From an uncultured Candidatus Rokubacteria bacterium (GTDB taxonomy: Bacteria; Methylomirabilota; Methylomirabilia; Rokubacteriales; CSP1-6): a stretch of 64,000 nucleotides of DNA. Location: assembly GCA_963758635.1 (NCBI GenBank), contig CAVWWD010000005.1, positions 1-64,000 on the forward strand, in the 5' to 3' direction. A model generated the notes under the pieces. That model was not told the origin of the DNA. It did not search any database and was given only the letters and a program-made list of their open reading frames with translations. Made by a program: the position numbers and the translations under genes. Positions 51,872 to 62,516 of this stretch are shown piece by piece; positions within the stretch are counted from its first letter, which is position 1, and each line of letters starts with the position of its first letter.

Positions 51872-53028
51872 CCTCCGCCCCGACGCCCTCGGCCCCGCGG
51901 GTCCTGCTGCTCACCGCCTCCTACGGCTCCGGCCACAGCCTCGTGGCGCGGACGCTCGCGACGGAGCTGGAGCAGGCGGGCGCGCACGCCACTGTGGTCG
52001 ACCACTTCCGCGATCTCGTCCACCCGTCCTTCGACCGGGCGAGCCGCGCGCTCTACTACGCGGTGCTCCGCCGGACTCCCGTGCTCTGGGGCGGCGCGTA
52101 CTGGCTCAGCGACCAGATCAGCGTGTCGTCGCCGCTGCTGATGGGCGTCAACCGCCTGGGCATGCGCAAGCTGCGGCGCCTCCTCGAGCGCCTCCGGCCC
52201 GATCACGTGGTGTCGGTCCATCCCACGCCGGTGGCCGCGCTGTCCGCCCTCCGGGCGCGGGGCGTGCCCGTGCCCCCGCACACGACCGTGTTCACGGACT
52301 TCGTGGCCCACACGCAGTGGATCTTCCCGGACGTGGACCACTACTGCGTGCCTGCGGAGGAGATCGCCCACGACCTCACCGCGCGCGGGGTGCCGCGCGA
52401 GCGCGTCACGGTGACGGGCGTGCCGGTGGCCGCGGAGTTCGCCGAGCCGGCGGAGCGCGCGGCGGCGCGGTTGGCCCTCGGCCTGTCCCCCCGCCTGCCC
52501 GTGCTCCTCTTCATGGACGGATCGGGCGGGGGCTTCGGCCGCCTCGAGGACGCGACCCGGAAGGTCATGGAGACGGAGGAGCCGCTCCAGGCCGTGGTCG
52601 TGACGGGCCGCGAGGAAGCGCTCGAGGCCCGCCTGCGCGCGATGGCGGCGGACAGCCACGGGCGCGTGAAGGTGTTCGGCCACGTGGACAACGTCCGCCA
52701 GCTCATGGCCGCCGCCGACTTCCTCGTGACCAAGGCGGGTGGGCTGACGCTCGCCGAGGCTCTGGCCGCCGAGCTGCCCGTGATCTGCTTCGGGTCGCTG
52801 CCCGGGCAGGAGGCGCGCAACGAGCGGTTCGCGGCCATGGCCGGCGTGGCGCTGGTGGCGTCGAGCGTGGCCCAGCTCCACCGGGTCATCGTGTCCGCCC
52901 TCCGCGATCCCGTGCTCCTCCGGAACATGCGCGAGCGCATCCGCCTCTACCGGCGACCGCAGGCCGCGGGCACGATGGTGGAGATGGTGCTGGGACGAGC
53001 GCGTCGCGAGCGCGAGCTGGCCTCATGA
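51868..53028 (+). CDS. MGDG synthase / UgtP-like glycosyltransferase (GT28)
   Basis: ASYGSGH, SVHP, TDFVAH..W, TGVPV, TKAGGLTLAEA, PGQEARN. Confidence 0.88.
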   Translation: MTSAPTPSAPRVLLLTASYGSGHSLVARTLATELEQAGAHATVVDHFRDLVHPSFDRASRALYYAVLRRTPVLWGGAYWLSDQISVSSPLLMGVNRLGMRKLRRLLERLRPDHVVSVHPTPVAALSALRARGVPVPPHTTVFTDFVAHTQWIFPDVDHYCVPAEEIAHDLTARGVPRERVTVTGVPVAAEFAEPAERAAARLALGLSPRLPVLLFMDGSGGGFGRLEDATRKVMETEEPLQAVVVTGREEALEARLRAMAADSHGRVKVFGHVDNVRQLMAAADFLVTKAGGLTLAEALAAELPVICFGSLPGQEARNERFAAMAGVALVASSVAQLHRVIVSALRDPVLLRNMRERIRLYRRPQAAGTMVEMVLGRARRERELAS

Positions 53029-53705
53029 GGGCGGCGTCCTGGCTCCTCGCCGGGGCCGGCCTCTGGGCCAGCTACACGTGGGGCGCCTACCTGTACGCCC
53101 CCGGCGCCGTCTGGCACGGACCGCGTGACCGTCGCGCCGTCGCGCTCACCTTCGACGACGGACCGGACCCGGAGACGACGCCGAGGGTGCTCGACACGCT
53201 CGGCGAGCACGGCGTGCGCGGCACGTTCTTCCTGGTGGGGCGGCGCGCGCGGCAGTCGTGCCACGTGGCCCGGCGGATCGCCGAGGAGGGGCACGGCCTC
53301 GGCAACCACACGCTGGGACACCGGAGCCTCTGGCTCTGCGGCCCGCGCGCGACCGGGGCCGAGGTGCGGGGCGGCCACGACGCCATCGCCCAGGCGTCGG
53401 GGCAGGCGCCGCGCTTCTTCCGGCCGCCGTGGGGGCTCACGAACCTCGCGCTCTACCCGGTCCTCCGCGAGCTCGCGACGCCCTGCGTCTTCTGGTCGGC
53501 GCAGCCGGAGGGCCAGCGCGCCGCGCCCGCGGCCCTCCAGGTCGAGCGCTGCCGCCGCCGCGCCACCCCCGGCGCGATCTTCGACCTCCACGACGCCGAC
53601 GGCGTGCCCGGCGCGGGCCGCCGGCTCCTCGACGCGCTGCCCGCGCTGATCCGCCACCTCCGCGACGACGGTTACGTCCTGGCACCCCTTCACGAGCTGC
53701 TGTAG
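53025..53705 (+). CDS. Polysaccharide deacetylase (CE4)
   Basis: ALTFDDGPD, GTFFLVG, GNHTLGH, FRPPWG, LHD. Confidence 0.88.
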   Translation: MRAASWLLAGAGLWASYTWGAYLYAPGAVWHGPRDRRAVALTFDDGPDPETTPRVLDTLGEHGVRGTFFLVGRRARQSCHVARRIAEEGHGLGNHTLGHRSLWLCGPRATGAEVRGGHDAIAQASGQAPRFFRPPWGLTNLALYPVLRELATPCVFWSAQPEGQRAAPAALQVERCRRRATPGAIFDLHDADGVPGAGRRLLDALPALIRHLRDDGYVLAPLHELL

Positions 53706-53730
53706 AATCGCCGCGCGCCGGACGGAAAGC

Positions 53731-53890
53731 GGTGCGGGCAGGCGTAGCCGAGCGCCCCGCACCCCCGTGACATAAACGTAAGGTGCGGGCGGGCGACAGC
53801 CCGGGTGCCCGCACCCGGTGATCGGGCGGGCGACAGCCCGGGTGCCCGCACCCGGTGATCGGGCGGGCGAAGCCCGGGCGCCCGCACCCC
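53731..53890. repeat. Cluster of four REP-like palindromes (same family as 50843-50950)
   Basis: CGGGCGGGCG(AC/A)AGCCCGGG(T/C)GCCCGCACCC three times plus a diverged first copy. Confidence 0.85.
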
Positions 53891-53903
53891 AGGAGAACAC
53901 CCG

Positions 53904-55598
53904 ATGGCTCAGGACCCGAGACACAAGAGCCGCACGCTGCTCGAAGGCCCCGACCGCGCGCCCGCGCGGGCGATGATGAAGGCGGTCGGATTCACCGACG
54001 AGGACCTGGCTCGGCCCCAGATCGGCGTGGCCCACAGCTGGATCGGGACCATGCCCTGCAACTGGAACCACCGAAAGCTCGCGGAAAAGGTGATGCAGGG
54101 CATCCGCGCCGCGGGCGGCACGCCGATCGAGGTGAACACCGTCGCCATCACCGACGGCATCACGATGGGCACCGAGGGCATGAAGGCCTCGCTGATCAGC
54201 CGCGAGGTCGTGGCCGACTCGGTGGAGCTGGTCGCCCGCGGCCACATGTTCGACGGCCTGGTGACGATCTCGGGCTGCGACAAGACCATCCCCGCCATGA
54301 GCATGGTGCTGGGCCGGCTGAACATCCCGAGCCTCACGCTCTACTGCGGCTCGATCATGTTCGGCCGCTGCGCGGGCGAGGGGGGCGCGTTCGGCGGGCG
54401 CAACCTGACCATCCAGGACGTGTTCGAGGCCCTCGGGGCGTACAACGCCGGCAAGATCTCGCTCGAGGAGTTCAAGGACGTGGAGGACCACGCCTGCCCG
54501 GGCGCGGGCGCGTGCGGCGGCCAGTTCACCGCCAACACGATGGCGACGGCGTGCGAGATGCTCGGCCTGTCGCCCATGGGCTGGAACGGCGTGCCCGCGG
54601 TGGATCCGCGCAAGGAAGAGGTCGCGTTCGAGGCGGGCAAGCTCGTGATGGACCTCCTCCGGAAGGGCGTGACGCCGCGGTCGATCGTGACGCGGCGGAG
54701 CTTCGAGAACGCCATCGCCGGCGTGATGGCCACCGGAGGCTCCACCAACGCGGTGCTCCACCTGATCGCCACCGCGAAGGAGTTCGGCGTCAAGCTCTCC
54801 ATCGACGACTTCGACCGCATCTCGAAGAAGACCCCGGTGCTCGCGGACCTCAAGCCGTCCGGCGCCTACACCGCTCCCGAGATGCACGAGGCGGGCGGCA
54901 TGGCGGTGGTGGGCAAGCGCCTCGTCGAGGCCGGGCTCCTGCACGCGCAGGAGCGGACGGTCACCGGCCGCACGATCGGCGAGGAGGTTCGCGCGGCGAG
55001 CGAGCCCGCCGGTCAGCCGGTGATCCGGAGCCTGGCCCGGGCGCTCAAGCCCACGGGCGGGCTGGCCATCCTGCGCGGCAACCTCGCGCCCGGCGGCTGC
55101 GTGATCAAGGTCTCGGGCCAGAAGAAGGACAGCCACCGCGGCCCCGCGCGCGTCTTCGAGCGCGAGGAGGACGCGTTCAAGGCGGTCAAGGAAGGCCGGA
55201 TCAAGCCCAACGACGTGATCGTGATCAGGAACGAGGGCCCGAAGGGCGGGCCCGGGATGCGGGAGATGCTGCACGTGACGGGCGCGCTCCAGGGCGCGGG
55301 GCTCGGCGAGACCGTGGCCCTCATGACCGACGGCCGCTTCTCCGGCGCGACCCACGGCTTCATGATCGCCCACATCGTTCCCGAGGCCGCCGACCGGGGG
55401 CCCATCGCCGCGATCAAGAGCGGCGACATCATCAACATCGACGTGAAGAAGCGCCGGCTCGATCTCGAGGTGTCCGCGGCCGAGATCAAGAAGCGGCTCG
55501 CCAGGTGGAAGCCGCTCCGCCCGCGCTACACCACCGGCGTCTTCGCCAAGTACGCCCGTCTGGTCTCCACCGCCTCCGAGGGCGCCGTCACCAGCTGA
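53904..55598 (+). CDS. ilvD: Dihydroxy-acid dehydratase
   Basis: PCN, DGITMG, SREVVADS, CDK, CGGQFTANTM, GGSTN, GPGMREM, TDGRFSG. Confidence 0.96.
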   Translation: MAQDPRHKSRTLLEGPDRAPARAMMKAVGFTDEDLARPQIGVAHSWIGTMPCNWNHRKLAEKVMQGIRAAGGTPIEVNTVAITDGITMGTEGMKASLISREVVADSVELVARGHMFDGLVTISGCDKTIPAMSMVLGRLNIPSLTLYCGSIMFGRCAGEGGAFGGRNLTIQDVFEALGAYNAGKISLEEFKDVEDHACPGAGACGGQFTANTMATACEMLGLSPMGWNGVPAVDPRKEEVAFEAGKLVMDLLRKGVTPRSIVTRRSFENAIAGVMATGGSTNAVLHLIATAKEFGVKLSIDDFDRISKKTPVLADLKPSGAYTAPEMHEAGGMAVVGKRLVEAGLLHAQERTVTGRTIGEEVRAASEPAGQPVIRSLARALKPTGGLAILRGNLAPGGCVIKVSGQKKDSHRGPARVFEREEDAFKAVKEGRIKPNDVIVIRNEGPKGGPGMREMLHVTGALQGAGLGETVALMTDGRFSGATHGFMIAHIVPEAADRGPIAAIKSGDIINIDVKKRRLDLEVSAAEIKKRLARWKPLRPRYTTGVFAKYARLVSTASEGAVTS

Positions 55599-55645
55599 AC
55601 GGACACAGCCGCAGTTCCGTTCGACCCCTCCCCATGCCGTTCGAA

Positions 55646-55688
55646 CCCCTCTCCCCCTGCGTGGGGGAGAGGGGCAGGGGAGAGGGGG
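55646..55688. repeat. CCCTCTCCC...GGGAGAGGG palindromic repeat / hairpin downstream of ilvD
   Basis: CCCCTCTCCCCC-TGCGT-GGGGGAGAGGGG followed by CAGGGGAGAGGGG. Confidence 0.7.
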
Positions 55689-55775
55689 GGCATGGTCAAG
55701 CAGTAGAAACGACCTGCGACCGCACTGTCGCGGGTGACGTCCGGATGCCCGCATCCCGGGTGCTAAGATGCCTTC

Positions 55776-58700
55776 ATGACGTCACTCCCCGCGCGCTCGC
55801 GCCTTCTCGCCGAGACGCTCTCCCGCCAGTTGCTCGTCCTGGACGGCGCCACGGGCACGATGATCCAGGCGCGGGACCTCACCGCCGCCGATTTCGGGGG
55901 AGAGCAGTACGAGGGCTGCAACGAGCACCTGAACCTCACCCGGCCCGACGTGATCCGCGACATCCACCTGGCCTACCTGGACGCGGGCGCGCACCTGATC
56001 TCCACCAATTCTTTCGGCGCCGCGCCCTATGTGCTCGCCGAATATGGCCTTCAGGATCTTTGCCACGACATCGTCCTGGCCGCGGCCCGCCTGGCCCGCG
56101 AAGCGGTGGACGCGCGGTTCACGGAGGCCGATCCGCGCTTCGTGATCGGCGCCATGGGGCCGGGAACGCGGACGATCACGGTCACGGGCGGGGTCACCTT
56201 CGAGGAGGTCCTGGACGCGTACTACCGGCAGGCCCGCGCGCTCATCGCCGGCGGGGTCGACGCGCTGCTGCTCGAGACCTGCCAGGACACGCTGAACGTG
56301 AAGGCGGCGGCCATCGGGCTCCGGCGCGCCCTGGACGAGGCCGGCGTGGATCTGCCGATCATGGTGAGCGGCACCATCGAGCCCATGGGCACGATGCTCG
56401 CCGGGCAGGCCATCGAGGCCCTCGCCGCCTCGATCGAGCACCTCCATCCCTTCTCGATCGGCCTCAACTGCGCCACCGGGCCCGAGTTCATGACCGACCA
56501 CCTGCGGTCGCTCTCGGGGCTCACCACGAGCTTCGTCACCTGCTACCCGAACGCCGGCCTCCCCGACGAGCACGGCCAGTACGAGGAGACGCCGCAGAGC
56601 CTGGCCCTCAAGATGCGGCGCTTCGTGGAGGAGGGGTGGGTGAACGCGATCGGCGGGTGCTGCGGCACCACGCCGGCCCACACCCGCGAGCTGGCCGCGC
56701 TCGCGCGCGGGCACGCGCCGCGACGTCCCCCGGCGCGCTGGCCGCGGCGGTGAGCGGCGTCGAGGTCCTCTACCCGGCCGACGACAACCGGCCGGTGCTC
56801 GTGGGCGAGCGCACCAACGTCATCGGATCGAAGAAGTTCAAGGACCTCGTCGTGCAGGAGCTGTTCGAGGAGGCGGCCGAGGTGGGCCGGGCCCAGGTCA
56901 AGGGCGGGGGCCAGGTCCTCGACGTGTGCCTCGCCAACCCGGACCGCGACGAGCTCGCGGACGTCGAGCGCTTCCTGGACCGCCTCACCCGCAAGGTGAA
57001 GGTCCCGCTGATGATCGACTCCACCGACGCGCAGGTGATCGAGCGGGCCCTCCAGCTTTGCCAGGGCAAGGCCATCGTCAACTCGATCAACCTGGAGGAC
57101 GGCGAGGAGCGCTTCGAGCGGGTGGTGCCGCTCCTCACCCGCTACGGCGGGGCGGTGGTGGTGGGCTGCATCGACGAGGACAAGCAGCAGGGGATGGCGG
57201 TGAGCCGCGAGCGGAAGCTCGCCGTCGCCGAGCGCTCCCACGCGCTCCTCACCGGCAAGTACGGCCTGCCCGCGCGCGACATCATCTTCGACCCGCTGGT
57301 CTTCCCCGTCGGCACCGGCGACCGGAACTACGTGGGCTCGGCCGTCGAGACCATCGAGGGCCTGCGCGCCATCAAGGCCCGCTTCCCCGAGTGCCGCACC
57401 ATCCTGGGCATCTCGAACGTCTCGTTCGGCCTGCCCGCGGCGGGGCGCGAGGTGCTGAACGCGGTGTTCCTGTACCACTGCACGAAGGCCGGCCTCGACT
57501 ACGCCATCGTGAACACCGAGCGCCTCGAGCGCTACGCGTCGATCTCCGAGGAGGAGCGCCGCATCGCCGAGGACCTCATCGAGATGCGCGGAGACGACCC
57601 GGTGGCCGCCTTCGCCGCCCACTTCCGGGGGCGCACGCGGACCCGCGAGGTGGCGGCCGCCCTCCCGCTGGACGAGCGGCTGGCCCGTTACATCGTGGAG
57701 GGCTCGCGCGACGGCCTGGTCGCCGACATCGACCTGAAGCTCGCGGAGGCCGCGCCGCTCGACATCATCAACGGCCCGCTCATGCGGGGCATGGAGGAGG
57801 TCGGTCGCCTCTTCAACGACAACCAGCTCATCGTGGCCGAGGTGCTGCAGTCGGCGGAGGCGATGAAGACCGCGGTGGCCCACCTCGAGCCGCTCATGGA
57901 GCGCGCGGAGAGCGCCACCCGGGGCACCATCGTGCTCGCCACCGTCAAGGGCGACGTGCACGACATCGGCAAGAACCTGGTGGAGATCATCCTCAAGAAC
58001 AACGGCTACCGCGTGATCAACCTCGGCATCAAGGTGCCGCCCGAGGACCTGATCACCGCCTGCCACACCCACAAGCCCGACGCGCTCGGCCTGTCCGGCC
58101 TCCTCGTGAAGTCGGCGCAACAGATGGTGGTCACCGCGCAAGACCTCCGCGTGGCCGGCGTGGAGATCCCGCTGTTCGTCGGCGGCGCCGCCCTCACGCG
58201 CAAGTTCACGGCGACCCGCATCGCCGCCGAGTACGGCGGCCTGACCATCTACGCCAAGGACGCCATGGACGGGCTCGACCTCGCCAACCGGCTCTTCAGC
58301 GCCACCACGCGCGACGACCTGGTCGCCTCCGTGCGCGCGCAGCAGGAGGCGCTCCGCGCCGGAGGCAACGTCGCGGCCGCACCCGCCGTTGCCGCGACGG
58401 GGGCGCCGGCGCGCTCCGCCGTGTCGCGGTCGGTGCCGGTGCCGGCGCCGCCGGACCTCGACCCGCACGTGCTCCGTCACGTGCCGCTCGCCCACGTCTT
58501 CCCGTACCTCAATCTCCAGATGCTGCTCGGCAAGCACCTGGGCTTCAAGGGCGCGGTCGAGCGAGCGATCGAGGCGGGCGACGCCAAGGCGCGGGAGCTC
58601 CTCGCGGCTGGTCGAGGACCTCCAGCGCGAGGCGATGAGCGGCGGGCTCCTCCAGGCCAACGCGGTGTATCGCTTCTTCGAGGCGCGCGCCGCGGGCGAT

Positions 58701-59237
58701 CGGCTGATGCTCTACCAGGGTGGGGAAGAGGTGGGGCGCTTCGACTTCCCGCGCCAGCCCGCGGGCGAGCGCCTGTGCCTGGCCGACTACGTCCGCGACG
58801 CGGCCTCCGGCGAGCCGGACTACGTCGCGCTGTTCGCGCTCACGTGCGGGGCCGGCGTCCGCGCGCTGGCCGAGCGCTGGAAGGACGAGGGCCAGTACCT
58901 CCGCTCCCACGCGATCTCCGCCCTGGCCATCGAGACCGCGGAGGCGCTCGCGGAGATGCTGCACGCGCGCCTGCGCACGCAGTGGGGCTTCCCCGACGCG
59001 CCCGACCTGCCCATCGCCGACAAGCTCAAGGCGCGCTACCGCGGGCTGCGCGTGTCCTTCGGCTACCCGGCGTGCCCGAACCTGGCCGACCAGCGCGTGC
59101 TCTTCGACCTGCTTCATCCCGCAGAGATCGGCCTCGAGCTGACCGAGGGATTCATGATGGACCCCGAGGCGTCGGTCTCCGCCCTCGTCTTCCACCATCC
59201 CGAGGCGAAGTACTTCAAGGCCGACGCGAGCGAGTGA
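55776..59237 (+). CDS. metH: Cobalamin-dependent methionine synthase; frameshifts near 56730 and 58608
   Basis: LDGATGT, GLNCATGP, PNAGLP, GGCCGTTP, GERTNV, GDVHDIGKN, SFGYPACP, HPEAKYF across three frames. Confidence 0.93.
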
Positions 59238-59881
59238 GCGGCCGCCCGGACGCCGGCATCGCTCCCCGGTTCCTCTCGCTGATCCGCCAGGAGCGTCTCG
59301 CCGAGCTGCGCATGCTCGACGTGGGCTGCGGGTGGGGGCGCCTGGCGCTCGCCTTCGCCGCCGAGACGCGCCACGTCGTCGGCCTCGATCGCGACGCGGG
59401 CCTGATCGCCGAGGCGGGCCGCCGCGCCGCGGCCCGGGGCCTCACCAACGCGGAGTTCCACGAGGCCGACGTGGACCGCGTGGACTATGCGCCGTATGCC
59501 CCCGGCCTCGTCGTCTCCCACCTCTTCGCCTCGGACGCCATGATCGAGCGGGCGGCGGCCGCGCTGCCCCGTGACGGGGTCCTCGCGCTGGTGGCCTTCC
59601 ACGTCGACCAGTGGCGCGAGACCGGGCGCGTGTCCCGGTTCGCCTACGACGAGACGCGGATGGCCGAGACGCTCGGGCGCGCGGGCTTCGCCGTGGAGGC
59701 GCTCGAGGTGGACCGGGAAGAGCGGCGCTTCGCCTCGGTGGAGGAAGGGCTGGCCGCCGCGGTCGGCCTCCAGGACCGCTGGAAGACGGACGGCCGCTGG
59801 TACCGCTACATCGCGTTCCTCGAGGAGGGCGGGCGCACGCTGACGCGGAGCCACCTGCTCGTCAAGGCGCGCAGGCGATGA
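59234..59881 (+). CDS. Class I SAM-dependent methyltransferase
   Basis: LDVGCGWG, VVGLD, EAD; GTG overlaps the metH stop. Confidence 0.85.
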   Translation: MSGRPDAGIAPRFLSLIRQERLAELRMLDVGCGWGRLALAFAAETRHVVGLDRDAGLIAEAGRRAAARGLTNAEFHEADVDRVDYAPYAPGLVVSHLFASDAMIERAAAALPRDGVLALVAFHVDQWRETGRVSRFAYDETRMAETLGRAGFAVEALEVDREERRFASVEEGLAAAVGLQDRWKTDGRWYRYIAFLEEGGRTLTRSHLLVKARRR

Positions 59882-59924
59882 TCTCCGGCGCGGAGCTGAC
59901 CCTCTTCGTGCAGGCACGCACCGC

Positions 59925-60878
59925 ATGAACTCCGGCGCGGATCTTACCCGCGCCGTCAAGGCGCGCGCGCGAGCCGAGGGCTTCGACGAGGTCGCGGTGG
60001 GCCCGGCGGGGCCGCCCGATCACGGCGAGGCGCTCCTGGACTGGCTGGCCGCCGGGCACGCCGGGACCATGGCGTACATCGGCCGGCGCGCCGCCGAGCG
60101 TCTGGACCCGGCCCGCGTGCTGCCGGGCGCCCGCTCGGTCGTCACCGTCGCGCTCAACTATCACCGGCCTGACGCGGACGCCGACCCGTCGTGGGCGCCC
60201 GTGGCCCGCTACGCGCGCGGCCGCGACTACCACGACGTGATGCGGCCGCGCCTCGAGCGCCTCGCCGAGCTGATCGACGGAGAGGCGGGCGCGCGGAGCC
60301 TCGCCTACGTCGACACCGGGCCGCTCCTCGAACGCGACCTCGCCGCGCGCGCGGGCCTCGGCTGGACCGGCAAGAACACGATGCTGCTCCACCCGCGCCT
60401 CGGCTCGTGGTTCCTCATCGGCCTCGTCCTCACCACCGCGGCCCTGGACGCGGACGCCGCGCTGCCCGACCGCTGCGGCACGTGCCGCGCGTGCCTGGAC
60501 GCGTGCCCGACCGGCGCGTTCCCCGCGCCCTACGTCCTCGACTCGCGGCGGTGCATCTCCTACCTCACGATCGAGCACCGGGGCGAGATCGACGCCGACC
60601 TCCAGCCGCTCATGGGCGAATGGGAGTTCGGCTGCGACCGCTGCCAGGAGGTGTGCCCCTGGAACCGCCACGCGCCCCCGAGCGCGGAGAGCGCGTTCGT
60701 CCCCGCCGGCGCGTACCCGGGCGCGGAGACGATCGCCGCCATGGACGACGAGGCGCTCCGGCGCCGCTTCGCCGGCACCGCGCTGCTGCGCCCGCGCGCG
60801 GCCGGGCTGCGCCGGAACGCGGCCATCGCGCTCGCCAACCGGCGCCGCCGGGGCGGGGCCGGCCCCGCCCCGCGATGA
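59925..60878 (+). CDS. queG: Epoxyqueuosine reductase
   Basis: RYARGRDYH, VDTGPLLER, GKN, CGTCRACLDACPT, CISYLTIE, GCDRCQEVCPWN. Confidence 0.95.
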   Translation: MNSGADLTRAVKARARAEGFDEVAVGPAGPPDHGEALLDWLAAGHAGTMAYIGRRAAERLDPARVLPGARSVVTVALNYHRPDADADPSWAPVARYARGRDYHDVMRPRLERLAELIDGEAGARSLAYVDTGPLLERDLAARAGLGWTGKNTMLLHPRLGSWFLIGLVLTTAALDADAALPDRCGTCRACLDACPTGAFPAPYVLDSRRCISYLTIEHRGEIDADLQPLMGEWEFGCDRCQEVCPWNRHAPPSAESAFVPAGAYPGAETIAAMDDEALRRRFAGTALLRPRAAGLRRNAAIALANRRRRGGAGPAPR

Positions 60879-61456
60879 TCCAGTCGGTCACCGTCTTCTG
60901 CGGCTCGAGCGACCTGGTGGACGAGCGGTTCTTCGCCGCCGCCCGCGAGCTCGGGGCCAAGCTCGCCCGCCGGAAATGGCGGCTCGTGTACGGCGGCGGC
61001 AGCGTGGGCCTGATGGGCGCGCTCGCCCGCGCGGTCATGGACGACGGCGGGCAGGTGACGGGGGTGATCCCGAAGGCCCTGCTCGACCTCGGCGTCGGCG
61101 AGCGCGCCGTGTCCGAGCTGATCGTGACCGAGGGGATGCGGGACCGGAAGGCCATCATGGACGCGCGCGGCGACGCCTTCGTCGCGCTGCCCGGCGGCCT
61201 GGGCACCATGGAGGAGATCCTCGAGGTGATGACCCTCAAGCAGCTCGGCTACCACGCCAAGGCGGTCGCCGTGCTCGACCTCGACGGGTTCTTCGATCCG
61301 CTGTGGGCGCAGTTCCAGCGCGGCGTCGACCTGGGCTTCATCAAGGCGGAGTACCTCGACCTCTGGTACCCGGCGCCCGACGTCGACGCGCTGCTCCGCT
61401 ACCTCGAGGCCTACGTGCCGCACGGCTACGGCCGGAAGTGGACGGCGTCGCCGTAG
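60875..61456 (+). CDS. LOG family nucleotide phosphoribohydrolase
   Basis: VFCGSS, LVYGGGSVGLMG, RK, PGGLGTMEE. Confidence 0.92.
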   Translation: MIQSVTVFCGSSDLVDERFFAAARELGAKLARRKWRLVYGGGSVGLMGALARAVMDDGGQVTGVIPKALLDLGVGERAVSELIVTEGMRDRKAIMDARGDAFVALPGGLGTMEEILEVMTLKQLGYHAKAVAVLDLDGFFDPLWAQFQRGVDLGFIKAEYLDLWYPAPDVDALLRYLEAYVPHGYGRKWTASP

Positions 61457-61581
61457 TGACCCGCGCACAATGCGGTAACCGAACGGGCCTCTACAGTCCT
61501 ACCGCCTCGCCTTCGTCCAGTGCGCGGGGCTCAGTCGCCCCGCGCGGGGCGTGCTACAATTCGCGCCCAAGAGGAGCCTGC

Positions 61582-62130
61582 ATGGCCATCCTGAAGGTCG
61601 CCCGCCTGGGTCATCCCGTGCTGCGCCAGCCCGCGGCGCCCGTGCCGCTCGACGAGATCCGCTCCGCCGAGACGCAGCGCCTGATCGACGACATGGTCGA
61701 GACCATGCGCGAGTACAACGGCGCCGGGCTCGCCGCCAACCAGGTGCACGTGCTCAAGCAGGTGTGCGTGATCGAGGTGTCGGGAAACCCGCGCTACCCG
61801 GACGCGCCCAGCATCCCGCTCACCGTCCTGGTGAACCCGAAGGTGACGCCGCTCACCGAGGAGCTCGCCGAGGGGTGGGAAGGGTGCCTCTCCGTGCCCG
61901 ACATGCGCGGAGTGGTCCCGCGGGCCACCGAGGTACGCCTGGAGGCCTACGACCGGGACGGGGAGCGCATCGACCTCGTGGCCAAGGAGTTCTTCGCGCG
62001 GGTCATCCAGCACGAGACGGACCACCTGAACGGGATCGTCTACCTCGACCGCATGAAGGACTTCTCGACGCTCACCCACCTCGCGGAGTGGAACAAGTAC
62101 TGGCTGGGCATCCAGGAGCAGGACGACTGA
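61582..62130 (+). CDS. def: Peptide deformylase
   Basis: GAGLAANQ, EGCLS, QHETDHLNG. Confidence 0.96.
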   Translation: MAILKVARLGHPVLRQPAAPVPLDEIRSAETQRLIDDMVETMREYNGAGLAANQVHVLKQVCVIEVSGNPRYPDAPSIPLTVLVNPKVTPLTEELAEGWEGCLSVPDMRGVVPRATEVRLEAYDRDGERIDLVAKEFFARVIQHETDHLNGIVYLDRMKDFSTLTHLAEWNKYWLGIQEQDD

Positions 62131-62153
62131 GCCTGGCCGAGGATTCCCGCGCC

Positions 62154-62516
62154 ATGCCCGGCCGCGTGATCGCCGTCGTCAAGGACCTGTTCTTCGTGGC
62201 TCGCATCCGGGAGACTGCTCGCATGGTCGGTACCCCGCTCGACTTCGCCCGCGCGCCCGACGAGATCCGCGCCGCCCTCGCCGGGGATCCCGCTCCGTCG
62301 CTCGTCCTGATCGACCTCACCACCCCGGGCTGGGACTACGCCGAGGTCTTCGCGGCCATCGAGTCCGCGGGGAAGGAGACACCCATCCTGGGCTACACGA
62401 CCCACGTCCTCGCCGGAGCGACGAAGCCGCTCCACGACCGCTGCACCCGCGTGGTGACACGGGAGACGCTCACGCGCGACCTCGGCCGGATCCTCGCCTC
62501 CGGGCTCGCGGCATGA
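62154..62516 (+). CDS. Hypothetical protein with receiver-like fold
   Basis: VVKDLFF..RI, SLVLIDL, ILGYTTHV; no Lys-Pro motif. Confidence 0.65.
   Translation: MPGRVIAVVKDLFFVARIRETARMVGTPLDFARAPDEIRAALAGDPAPSLVLIDLTTPGWDYAEVFAAIESAGKETPILGYTTHVLAGATKPLHDRCTRVVTRETLTRDLGRILASGLAA

Noticed and set aside
50843..53890. Short repeats as a possible CRISPR array
   Set aside because: No unique, regular-length spacers, few copies and no cas genes; they look like REP palindromes.
53855..59881. 2008-aa ORF on the + strand
   Set aside because: A chimera of off-frame ilvD sequence, the middle third of frameshifted metH and the methyltransferase; not a giant protein.
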